Shown here piece by piece: positions 9,022 through 17,758 of a stretch of 64,000 nt of DNA (position 1 is its first letter; every line of letters begins with the position of its first letter). The stretch is from Thermococcus sp. (GTDB taxonomy: Archaea; Methanobacteriota_B; Thermococci; Thermococcales; Thermococcaceae): contig NZ_JALUFF010000081.1 of NCBI RefSeq assembly GCF_027052235.1, positions 5,136 through 69,135 on the forward strand, read 5' to 3'. The notes beneath the pieces are model-generated. The model worked only from the letters and a program-made list of their open reading frames with translations, was not told the DNA's origin and searched no databases. The translations under genes were made by a program, and so were the position numbers.

Positions 9022-9519
9022 TCAGTGGTTGTAGTAGCCTTCAACGGCCCACTGGGCGACGGACGTTGAGAAAAGGGCCGATATCAGGAGGAGTATAACC
9101 GCCAAAGCCGACAGCCAGAGCTCAAGGCCCTCAACCCTCCTGAGAACCAGAATCCCGAGGAGAGATGAAAGCGTCCACGTGAGGAGGAAGGCTATGATGA
9201 ACCACTCGGGCCTTCCTGAGCCGAGGCCGAGAATACTGGCCCCCATCAGGGAACCAAGGACACCAGCGGTGAAGTAGGTGTATCCAAGTGCCCTCCCCCT
9301 GCCGGTCTTCTCGGGAACCGTGAGGTAGAAAAGGCTCGCTATCCCAAGGAGGAAGTAAATGACGACCAGATAGGGCCCCGTCCAGTCGAGTCTCTTGTAG
9401 AAGGGTCTTGGGATGAAGGAATCGGCTATTATGAAGCCCGGAAAGCCCATCCCAAACATGTTGAAGAGGGCCTGAAAGATGAAAATTCCTGCTAGAATCT
9501 TGTCCCTCACAGGCATCAC
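9022..9519 (-). CDS. Hypothetical membrane protein (about 5 TM)
   Basis: Hydrophobic ORF co-oriented with its neighbours. Confidence 0.7.
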   Translation of the reverse strand: MMPVRDKILAGIFIFQALFNMFGMGFPGFIIADSFIPRPFYKRLDWTGPYLVVIYFLLGIASLFYLTVPEKTGRGRALGYTYFTAGVLGSLMGASILGLGSGRPEWFIIAFLLTWTLSSLLGILVLRRVEGLELWLSALAVILLLISALFSTSVAQWAVEGYYNH

Positions 9520-9539
9520 GGTGCCAGATAACGGAATCC

Positions 9540-10061
9540 CTAAATATAGCTTTCGCCATCGTTGATCAACCTCACGAGGCCGTCCATGTCGGTCTCCTTG
9601 AGCTCCTTCTCGAACTCGATGCCGAGTTCAGCTATTTCCTCCGGCGTTATCGTCGTTTCTGGTCCTTCGGCGTTTATCCCCGGACAGCTCTCGTCGTAGT
9701 AGAGCCACAGTGTTTGGCCTTTGTACTCAAAGGGCCTCTCGCCCTCGATGCCGAGCGGTTTCCGCGAGACCATGAAGGGATAAATCCTGCATATGAGTGG
9801 CCTCACCGAGTGAATCCTGCACTTCCCTGTTTCCGGGTCGTGAAAGACGCAACCGAGATCCCATTCTCGTATTGACATAACGAAGCGGATTTTGTCACCT
9901 TCGACCGAGAACGTAACGAAGTCCTGGGGGTCATGACCCTTCCGCGCGATTCTCTCAATATCCCTTAATGTCAGGTAGACGTGCCTCCCGCGGCAGCAGT
10001 CGAGGCAGAAAAGGCACCTAAATCCTACTGGCTTCGTGAACGGCCTTGGTCTGAAGCGCAT
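9540..10061 (-). CDS. YkgJ-family Fe-S/Zn cysteine-cluster protein
   Basis: CLFCLDCC...CVFH...CRIHSVRPLICRIYPF. Confidence 0.88.
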   Translation of the reverse strand: MRFRPRPFTKPVGFRCLFCLDCCRGRHVYLTLRDIERIARKGHDPQDFVTFSVEGDKIRFVMSIREWDLGCVFHDPETGKCRIHSVRPLICRIYPFMVSRKPLGIEGERPFEYKGQTLWLYYDESCPGINAEGPETTITPEEIAELGIEFEKELKETDMDGLVRLINDGESYI

Positions 10062-10176
10062 AGTCCAAAATCGGAGGGGACACTTATAAATCTGCCGAAA
10101 TTTTAGTTACTTCTACACAGAAAACTTTTTAAAGATGTTAAAATTACCTTAGGTAAAAATAAGGAGGTGAACAAAG

Positions 10177-10743
10177 ATGCCTTACGGGGAAGTTGGAAAG
10201 AACTGGGTATGGATGCTGGGTCTAGGAATAATATTCACAACCCTGGGCTTTGCCGGCCTGATGATACTGCCCCTCCTCACAATAACAAGCGTGGCAATAT
10301 TCGGAGCGTTTATGCTCGTTGCCGGTACACTTCAGTTCCTCCAGGGACTTACGAAGGCAAGAGAATGGAAGAGCAGAACCCTGCACGTCCTGATGGGGGC
10401 CATCTATGTCCTAGCGGGTATCGCCACAATGGAGAACCCACTCCTTGCCACAGCGGTCCTAACCCTCATCCTAGGGGTGTCCTTAATAGTTATTGGGGCA
10501 CTGAGGATTGCAGTGGCATTTCAGAACACCAACATTAACCAGTGGATGCTCGTGAGCATCTCTGGAGTCATAACGATGCTCTTGGGTGTGCTTATAGTCC
10601 TCCAGTGGCCCTGGTCAAGCCTCTGGGCGGTTGGGCTCTTCGTGTCCGTTGACCTGATAATGAGCGGGCTTAACTTCATTGCGATAGCTTTAAGTGCAAA
10701 AACGGAGTACACCAAAGAACAGAGAAATCCATCCGGGGGGTGA
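10177..10743 (+). CDS. HdeD/DUF308 family membrane protein
   Basis: KNWVWMLGLGII...WPWSSLWAVGLFVSVDLIMSG; RBS GGAGGTGA. Confidence 0.85.
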   Translation: MPYGEVGKNWVWMLGLGIIFTTLGFAGLMILPLLTITSVAIFGAFMLVAGTLQFLQGLTKAREWKSRTLHVLMGAIYVLAGIATMENPLLATAVLTLILGVSLIVIGALRIAVAFQNTNINQWMLVSISGVITMLLGVLIVLQWPWSSLWAVGLFVSVDLIMSGLNFIAIALSAKTEYTKEQRNPSGG

Positions 10744-10749
10744 AGCCCA

Positions 10750-11523
10750 CTGATAGCCCTCGTTTCCCTTATTTTGGTTATAACGCTCTCAATGATCATC
10801 GTCAGAATAGGGGCGATAGCCCTTGAAATGACCGGCCTATCCAAGGACGTCGCCTCGTTTCAGGCACAGTCGGCTTTCTCGGGTACGGGCTTCACGACGA
10901 GCGAGAGTGAATACGTCGTCTCTCACCCTGTCAGGAGGAAGATAATCAGGATTCTAATATTTCTGGGGAGCGCGGGGATTACTTCTGCCGTAGCCACACT
11001 CGTTCTGACCTTCGCCGGCAGGAGCAGGAACGAGGCTATCACCTCAATATTAATCCTCAGCCTGAGCCTGCTCATCCTTTACCTCATCTTTACATCCAAG
11101 AGGATTGAACGCTGGATGAGGAGATGGATAAAGCGCTTTTTAGCTAAAGCTTTCCCCCAGCTTAGGGTTTACGACTACAGCCAGCTCCTCGGCATAACGA
11201 GAGGATATTCCATATCCCAGATAAAGGTCAGAAAAAGGAGCTGGCTCGCAAACAAGAGTCTAAGGGAGCTTGAACTCGACAAAGAAGGGATCCTTGTGCT
11301 TGGGATATACCGCAAGACAGAGAAAGGTGAGGTTTACCTTGGCGCGCCAAAAGGGGACACTGTCATACTTCCCGGAGACATTCTTGTATGCTACGGGCCA
11401 GAAGAAGCCCTATTAAGGCTCTCCCAGAGGGTTAAAGGGAGAAAGGGTGACCTGGAGCACGAAGAGGCTGTCAAGAAAGCGGAATTAAGAAAGACAGAGG
11501 AGGAAATGATGGCAACGGCTTAA
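10750..11523 (+). CDS. Membrane protein with C-terminal TrkA-C (RCK_C) domain; probable CTG start
   Basis: FQAQSAFSGTGFTTSESE motif, RCK_C region LVLGIYR...GDILVCYG; frame open to CTG 10750, which follows RBS GGGGTGA. Confidence 0.8.
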   Translation: MIALVSLILVITLSMIIVRIGAIALEMTGLSKDVASFQAQSAFSGTGFTTSESEYVVSHPVRRKIIRILIFLGSAGITSAVATLVLTFAGRSRNEAITSILILSLSLLILYLIFTSKRIERWMRRWIKRFLAKAFPQLRVYDYSQLLGITRGYSISQIKVRKRSWLANKSLRELELDKEGILVLGIYRKTEKGEVYLGAPKGDTVILPGDILVCYGPEEALLRLSQRVKGRKGDLEHEEAVKKAELRKTEEEMMATA

Positions 11524-13289
11524 GTGTTCAGATGCGCATCGAACTCCCCGCTCTTTTTGTAGTCCGCGTAACTTTTATCGAGCCTTTTCGCGACGTAGGG
11601 GCCGTTCTTTCTGTAGCCGAACTTGCGGTAGTACTCTCTAACTCCAACTCCACTTATTACGAGCATTTTCTTGACCTCGAACTCTTCGCGAGCTATCCTC
11701 TCGGCCTCGCTCAAGAGCTCCCTGCCGTAACCGCGGTGCTGCCACTCATACCTCGGTTTCCCGCCTATTGGCACGAGCGGGCCGTAAACATGGAGCTCCC
11801 TGACTATGGCTGAAGGACAGCAGTTTATCTCCTTCCTGTGGGCTTTCTCGCTCGGAATCCTCAGACGGAGAAAGCCAATGAGGACGTCGTTTTTCACGTC
11901 TTCAAAGCTGAGGAAGATTTCCCTCCCGCCAGCCGCATCGTAGTCCTCGCGGAGGAGCTCTATGTGCTCCACCTCGGGCTCAACTCCAAACTTCTGCATC
12001 TGGTGGCCGACTTCTCTAAACCGTATCTCCCTTGGCCTTATACCGCGTTTAATCAGCTCGTTGAAGACGAGCTGGCCGAGGTTCGAGTGCTTAACTCCAG
12101 CGACTATGAGCTTCGCAGGGATGTCGCGCTGGATTCTCATCACTCTGACCCATTTGGGAAAATACTTGTAGGCCTCGACGAGAAGCTCAACGGCTTCCTC
12201 GGTAGTGTAGGGCCTGTACTTTCCGGCCTTGTACCACGCGTAAAGGGGTGCATCAGCAGTCACAAGCGTCGGGTAAATCTTGAGCATGTCAGGCCTGAAG
12301 CGGGAATCCTCGAATATCGTCCTGAAGGTGTAGAGATCTCTCTCGAAGTTGCTCCCGGGCAAACCGGGCATTATGTGGTAGTTGATTTTAAGACCAGCGT
12401 CCCTCAAAAGCTGGGTGGCCTTAACTATCTCCTCAACTCCGTGGCCCCTCTTCGTTCTCTCGTGGATGAAGTTGAAAATCGTCTGGACGCCCAGCTCCAC
12501 CCTCGTGGTTCCAAAGCGGAGCATCCTGTCTATCTGCCTCTCAAAGGCCCAGTCTGGCCTTGTTTCTATAGTTAAACCGACCATCCTGACTCTGGCTTTC
12601 TCGTTCTTCCTCTGCTCGTCCTCAAGGTAGTAGTATGGCTTCCTGTGGGTTCTCCCCCATGCTTCCCTGAACTTGGGGTCTTCCTGCAAAACGGAGGTAT
12701 CTCCCTTGACTATCAGCCTGACGAGCTTGTCCTCAAGGTTCTCTATGTCCCTGAAGTACGGGAAGTCGTTCATCGCCTTGAAAGCGCACTTGACGTACCA
12801 CTCCTGGTAATCGAGGTCAACGGCTGGAAACGTTCCCCCCTGGATTATCACCTCGACCTTGTCGACGTCGTGGCCTATGTCGGTGAGCTGTTTAAGGCGA
12901 CGCATCATGATGATGTAAGGATGATAGGCGCTCTGAACGGCCCTTAAAGCTGAAGGTTCTTTCCCGGTGTAGCTCTGGGGAGAACCGACGCTCGGCCCGC
13001 CGGGGCAGTAGATGCAGCGCCCGTGAGGGCAGGGGAACGGCTTTGTCATCATCGCAACTACCGCGACTCCGCTTATGGTTCTGGTAGGTTTTCTCTTTAG
13101 GAGATCCCTAAAGCGCTCGCGCTCCTCCTCTGGAATGGCCTTCAGTATGTCGGAGTTACCTGGAATCTTCGACAGGTGATACTTCCTAGAAACGACTATC
13201 TTGTAGCGGTTGAGCTCCTCTCTGCTCTTTATCTCGCCAGCTAAAACGGCTCTCGCTATCTCCTCGACCGCCTTCTCAAACTCGCCCAT
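11520..13289 (-). CDS. elp3: tRNA U34 modifying radical SAM/GNAT enzyme Elp3
   Basis: CPHGRCIYCPGG, GLTIETRPD, RELHVYG, WQHRGYG acetyl-CoA motif. Confidence 0.96.
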   Translation of the reverse strand: MGEFEKAVEEIARAVLAGEIKSREELNRYKIVVSRKYHLSKIPGNSDILKAIPEEERERFRDLLKRKPTRTISGVAVVAMMTKPFPCPHGRCIYCPGGPSVGSPQSYTGKEPSALRAVQSAYHPYIIMMRRLKQLTDIGHDVDKVEVIIQGGTFPAVDLDYQEWYVKCAFKAMNDFPYFRDIENLEDKLVRLIVKGDTSVLQEDPKFREAWGRTHRKPYYYLEDEQRKNEKARVRMVGLTIETRPDWAFERQIDRMLRFGTTRVELGVQTIFNFIHERTKRGHGVEEIVKATQLLRDAGLKINYHIMPGLPGSNFERDLYTFRTIFEDSRFRPDMLKIYPTLVTADAPLYAWYKAGKYRPYTTEEAVELLVEAYKYFPKWVRVMRIQRDIPAKLIVAGVKHSNLGQLVFNELIKRGIRPREIRFREVGHQMQKFGVEPEVEHIELLREDYDAAGGREIFLSFEDVKNDVLIGFLRLRIPSEKAHRKEINCCPSAIVRELHVYGPLVPIGGKPRYEWQHRGYGRELLSEAERIAREEFEVKKMLVISGVGVREYYRKFGYRKNGPYVAKRLDKSYADYKKSGEFDAHLNT

Positions 13290-13352
13290 AACGACACCTC
13301 TCGCTCGATGTAGGGCTGGGTTTTAAAAGGGTTTGCCGGTGAACAAAGTTTA

Positions 13353-13369
13353 TATTCACTTAGTGAATA
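13353..13369. promoter_or_regulatory. Perfect palindrome TATTCAC-TTA-GTGAATA, candidate operator
   Basis: Directly downstream of TATA (AAAGTTTATAT) and upstream of the ATPase start; extra half-site at 13379-13385. Confidence 0.5.
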
Positions 13370-13387
13370 ATTCAGTTGGTGAATAAA

Positions 13388-14791
13388 ATGCGCTTCGTGG
13401 ACAGGGAGCGGGAGATTGAATTGCTGGAGAAAGCCCGAGAACGCTCCCGAAAAAAGCTGTACACTGTGGCGATCTACGGTCTTAGGAGAGTCGGAAAAAC
13501 GAGACTTCTGCGCGAGTTTTTAAGGAAGGGAGACCTCTACTTCTTCGTCAACAGGGGGAAAAGCTCCCCCTCCCTTTTGAGAGAATATTCTGAGATACTA
13601 AAAGAGAAGGGAGTGCTCGGGAAGAGGGAGGAACTGAAGGGTTGGAATGACTTCTTTGAAGTCCTGTTCGAGCGCTTCGAGGGAACAATTGCCTTCGACG
13701 AGTTTCAGGACTTCCGTTTCGTCGAACCGGCCGTTTATCCAACCCTTCAGCGTTTCATAGATGAAAACGAGAACAGAAAAAACCTTCTGATGGTATTTAC
13801 AGGTTCAACGGTTGGAATGATGGAGAAGCTGTTCAAGGACTCAAAGGAGCCGCTCTATGGAAGGATAAAAAGGGAGCTCCACCTTGAACCCCTCGACATC
13901 GGGGGGAGCTACGAGATGGCAAAAGAACTTCGGATTGAGAACATCGATGATTTCATAGTTCTACATTCAGTCTTTGGAGGCTTTCCCCGGTACTGGGTGG
14001 CGATTGAAGACGAGGGGCTAGAGGGCGAGAACGCGGAAAGAATTCTTGAGGAGCTTATATTTTCGTATTCAGCTCCCCTCGAAGAGGAAGTTCCAAGAAT
14101 ACTCTCACTGGAGTTCGGGAAGCGCTCCGGGCTTTATTACGATATCCTTGAAGCCATAGCCAACGGGGCAACTTCGCCGGCCAAGATAGCGGGCTATTTA
14201 AACAGAAAAGAGACATCAATAACGAGGCAACTCCACGAGCTCGTGAACTACTTCAAGCTGGTTGACTACGACAGAGCACTCCTCGGAAAGGGGAGCATTC
14301 TTTACATCAAGCACCCGTTCCTGAACTTCTGGTTCAGGTTCATCCACCCGAGGCTGAGCGAGTATGAACTAAAGAGGGAAAAGCTGTGGGAGGACGTCAA
14401 GAGAAACCTTTCCGACTACGTTGGAAAAAGGTTCGACTTCACCTGCCGTGAACTCCTAAGGCTCGCCGAGGATCAGATTCCTTTTAAGCCTGTGGTCGTG
14501 GGGAGGCACTGGGGCCACTACCGCGAGAGTGGGAGGAGAAGAGTTTATGAGATTGACATCGTAGCCCTTGACGCCGAAAGAAAACGAGCACTCTTCGGGG
14601 AGTGCAAATGGAGAAAGCGGGCGCAGGACGGGGAGAAGCTCCTTAAAGAACTAAAGGAGAAGGTGGAATTAACGGGCTGGAAGGGTGAAGTTCACTACCT
14701 CATCATCGCGAGAAAGCTCAAGAACATACCGGAAAACGTTATAGTCCTCGATGAAGAGAAAATCAAAAACCTGCTGGAGGGTGGAAGATGA
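13388..14791 (+). CDS. Archaeal ATPase with wHTH and C-terminal DUF234-type PD-(D/E)XK domain
   Basis: FVDREREI, GLRRVGKT Walker A, FDEFQ Walker B, EIDIVA...GECKW. Confidence 0.9.
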   Translation: MRFVDREREIELLEKARERSRKKLYTVAIYGLRRVGKTRLLREFLRKGDLYFFVNRGKSSPSLLREYSEILKEKGVLGKREELKGWNDFFEVLFERFEGTIAFDEFQDFRFVEPAVYPTLQRFIDENENRKNLLMVFTGSTVGMMEKLFKDSKEPLYGRIKRELHLEPLDIGGSYEMAKELRIENIDDFIVLHSVFGGFPRYWVAIEDEGLEGENAERILEELIFSYSAPLEEEVPRILSLEFGKRSGLYYDILEAIANGATSPAKIAGYLNRKETSITRQLHELVNYFKLVDYDRALLGKGSILYIKHPFLNFWFRFIHPRLSEYELKREKLWEDVKRNLSDYVGKRFDFTCRELLRLAEDQIPFKPVVVGRHWGHYRESGRRRVYEIDIVALDAERKRALFGECKWRKRAQDGEKLLKELKEKVELTGWKGEVHYLIIARKLKNIPENVIVLDEEKIKNLLEGGR

Positions 14792-15540
14792 ACCGCGACG
14801 AACTCGTTGCCTTCCTCGACGATTACCTCCAGGTTTCGGCCTACTCTGACAAGTCCAGCAACGGCCTCCAGATCGAAGGAAAGGAAGAAGTCGAGCGCGT
14901 TGCATTTGCCGTTGATACAACGCTGAGAACAATCGGAATGGCCGCTAAAGGGAAGACCGACATGCTGGTTGTGCACCACGGCATGATATGGGGCGGGTTG
15001 AACTACGTAACGGGGATACACTACAAGCGCTTAAAGGCCCTTTTCGAGAACGGGATAAACCTCTACGTTGCCCACCTCCCACTGGATGCCCACCCAGAGG
15101 TCGGGAACAACGTTGGACTTTTGAGGCTCCTCGACCTTGAGCCAAAGGGCCCCTTCGGAGAGTACAAGGGCCTCTCCATAGGCTTCTGGGGGGAGTTTAA
15201 GGAGGCACAGCCAATCGAGAAGGTGGCCCAGATAATAGCGGAGAAGCTCGATACGACCGTTAAGACCTACGAGTTCGGGAAGCGCGAGATTAAAACCGTT
15301 GGAGCGGTCAGTGGGGCCGGGGCGTTCGCACTTGAAGAGGCGTGGAGGAAGGGGATTGACCTGCTCATAACCGGTGAGTTTGGCCACGCGGATTATCTGA
15401 CGGCGATCGACCTTCCCCAGAGCGTCCTCGTTGCGGGCCACTACAAGACTGAGACGCTGGGCGTTAAGGCCCTCATGGAGCTTTTGAAGGAGCGCTTTGG
15501 GCTTGACGTGTTCTTCATAGACGAGCCGACAGGGCTTTGA
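14788..15540 (+). CDS. Nif3-like dinuclear metal-centre protein
   Basis: NGLQIEG, VVHHG, HLPLDAHPEVGNN, GHYKTE. Confidence 0.93.
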   Translation: MNRDELVAFLDDYLQVSAYSDKSSNGLQIEGKEEVERVAFAVDTTLRTIGMAAKGKTDMLVVHHGMIWGGLNYVTGIHYKRLKALFENGINLYVAHLPLDAHPEVGNNVGLLRLLDLEPKGPFGEYKGLSIGFWGEFKEAQPIEKVAQIIAEKLDTTVKTYEFGKREIKTVGAVSGAGAFALEEAWRKGIDLLITGEFGHADYLTAIDLPQSVLVAGHYKTETLGVKALMELLKERFGLDVFFIDEPTGL

Positions 15541-15880
15541 GCTCCCCCATAACTTCTTTTTCTTTCAAAATCCTCAACACCATTCCAATTTCGTCGGCGT
15601 AGTCCATAATCCAGCCCGGCTTTGAGTTGAGGTTGGAAACTACCCAGAGCTCGGAAAAGCCGGCTCGGTGAGCCTTGACAACGTCGTAGAGAAGCCTCTG
15701 AGGAAACCACTTGAAAGATGCCTCCAGCTCGATGGCGAGGAGCTTCTCTCCATCCTTAAGAATCGCAACGTCTATCCTCGTGCCGTCTCCTGTCCTGTAC
15801 TCGGGAACGGCCTTCAGGCCAAGTTGCTCTGAGAGCGCGATGATTTCCCGCGTTAGGGTTTTGACCTTGATTTTGGACAC
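15515..15880 (-). CDS. Hypothetical protein with a PD-(D/E)XK-like motif
   Basis: PEY...RIDVAI...AIELE spacing; RBS-like AGGTG and GTG start. Confidence 0.6.
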   Translation of the reverse strand: MSKIKVKTLTREIIALSEQLGLKAVPEYRTGDGTRIDVAILKDGEKLLAIELEASFKWFPQRLLYDVVKAHRAGFSELWVVSNLNSKPGWIMDYADEIGMVLRILKEKEVMGELKALSARL

Positions 15881-15910
15881 CTAATAAAAAAGGAGAGTTG
15901 GGGTTAAAAA

Positions 15911-16837
15911 CTACTCGACGAGTTTCAGGAATATTTCCTCTAGGCTTGGCTCTTTGACCTGCATGGTGAGTATTTTCGCCCCCTGCAAAGCCACGAGATC
16001 ATGCAACTCCTCCCTAACATCCTCAGGAGCAACGACACGATATTTGTTCTCACCAAGGGGAGTCACGTTCCATTTAGCGGAACTCCAATCTACGGGCCTG
16101 TTTGTCTCAATGATTATTGTGTAACCCGCTTTCCTCAGGAACTCGCGCTTAATGTTCTCAATGCTGTCCTCTAATCGGAGTTTGCCTCTGACAATCACTC
16201 CAACAGTATCGCAGACCTCTTCCACGTGAGCCAGAATGTGGCTTGAGAAGAAGACAGTTTTGCCGGCCTTTCTCTGCTCCCTAATAATCTCCTTGAACTC
16301 TGCAATGCCCTTGGGGTCAAGACCGCTCATCGGCTCGTCGAGGATCAAAAGCTCGGGGTCATTGATCAAGGCCTGAGCGAGGAGGAGCCTCTGTCTCATT
16401 CCCTTCGAGAACTTGCCCACCTTCTTGTTCCTTACATCCTTGAGACCGACGAGGTCAAGGAGCTCGTTAATCCTCCTCCCCCTCTCGGCCTTCGGGATTT
16501 TAAACGCATCAGCGATTATATCCAGCGTTTGAGCTGGCGTTAGGAAATCCCAAAGAGTGGCGTTCTCGGGCATGTAACCAATTCTGGCCTTAACCTTGAC
16601 TAGTTTAGCCTCGTTAAACTCCCCGTCCCTGAAGACCTCCTCGCCGAAAAGCTCTATTCTCCCCTCCTGAGGAAAGATGAGGCCAAGGGTGCTGAGAATC
16701 GTCGTGCTCTTGCCTGCACCGTTTGGGCCGAGGAAACCGTAAACCTGACCCGACTTAACCTCAAGATTCAATCCATCCAAGGCCCTAACGTCCTTGTAAA
16801 CCTTAACGAGGTTCTCAATCCTGAGCATCACCATCAC
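15911..16837 (-). CDS. ABC exporter ATP-binding subunit
   Basis: GPNGAGKST, FSKGMRQR, LILDEP, SSH. Confidence 0.95.
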   Translation of the reverse strand: MMVMLRIENLVKVYKDVRALDGLNLEVKSGQVYGFLGPNGAGKSTTILSTLGLIFPQEGRIELFGEEVFRDGEFNEAKLVKVKARIGYMPENATLWDFLTPAQTLDIIADAFKIPKAERGRRINELLDLVGLKDVRNKKVGKFSKGMRQRLLLAQALINDPELLILDEPMSGLDPKGIAEFKEIIREQRKAGKTVFFSSHILAHVEEVCDTVGVIVRGKLRLEDSIENIKREFLRKAGYTIIIETNRPVDWSSAKWNVTPLGENKYRVVAPEDVREELHDLVALQGAKILTMQVKEPSLEEIFLKLVE

Positions 16838-17754
16838 CTCAAGTCCATCCTCCTGAACCTGATGAGGGCCAGCACGAGGTAAACGGGGATAAGACCCGCT
16901 ATAACTCCAGTTTGAGCTGGATTCTGTGAGAGGGCATGCTTAACCCCAAGGTATTCGACGGTATACGTGCCGTCGGGGCTGAACTTCGTCGTTTCCACGT
17001 CTTTGATAACGTCCAGCATGAGCACCTGCGGGACGTAGAAGAGGTACTTCAGGTGATACTCCCTGTAAAGCTCGTCGAGGCGCTCCTGATAGGCCGTTCT
17101 CTGCTCGGGGGAGAGCTTCGCGAAGTCTCCCCTCTCGTGGAGCCCGAACTCCTTATCGACCCTGTCCTCCGCCCATCTATCAACGATCTGAGGGGCCACA
17201 AGACCCGTGAGGAAAAATATAACAAGAGCCAGCCCCAAAGCGGTGTTGGAGGAGCGGACGAAGGTCGAAATGAGTAAACCCAGCGCTAAAAGCTGGAGCA
17301 TGGCCAGGAGAACCAAACCGTTGGCCAGCGTAAGGTCCGAGACGAGTTTTCCGCTGAGGGAGAGGCCGTAATGCTCTGTTATGGCAAAGGAGAGAAGAGT
17401 TGCGAAGACCATCGCAACCACTATGCTGACGCTCTGGCCAAGGAACTTGCCGAGCAGGTAGGAAACCCTACCAAGGGGCTTGCTTAAGGCCACCCTGATG
17501 GTTCCGTTTTCAAGGTCGGAGTTAATCCCCGTCGCTCCAGCCATGAGGGCGTATACTCCTATGAAGAGGAACGCACTGACGGCTATGTAGCCGATTAGGC
17601 TCGTCAGGAGGACTCCCTGGGGATCAGAGGCCCCTTCGAGGTTGTCCTTTACCTCCCTGAAGGCCATTGCGTAGATCAGCAAAATCAAAACCAGTATCAG
17701 CCAGAACTTCTTCGTTCGAAGGCCTTTCTTCATCTCAAGCTCAAACCCCCACAT
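16834..17754 (-). CDS. ABC-2 type permease
   Basis: ENGTIRVALSKPLGR...GKF, C-terminal FRRMDLR. Confidence 0.9.
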   Translation of the reverse strand: MWGFELEMKKGLRTKKFWLILVLILLIYAMAFREVKDNLEGASDPQGVLLTSLIGYIAVSAFLFIGVYALMAGATGINSDLENGTIRVALSKPLGRVSYLLGKFLGQSVSIVVAMVFATLLSFAITEHYGLSLSGKLVSDLTLANGLVLLAMLQLLALGLLISTFVRSSNTALGLALVIFFLTGLVAPQIVDRWAEDRVDKEFGLHERGDFAKLSPEQRTAYQERLDELYREYHLKYLFYVPQVLMLDVIKDVETTKFSPDGTYTVEYLGVKHALSQNPAQTGVIAGLIPVYLVLALIRFRRMDLR

Positions 17755-17758
17755 GCTA

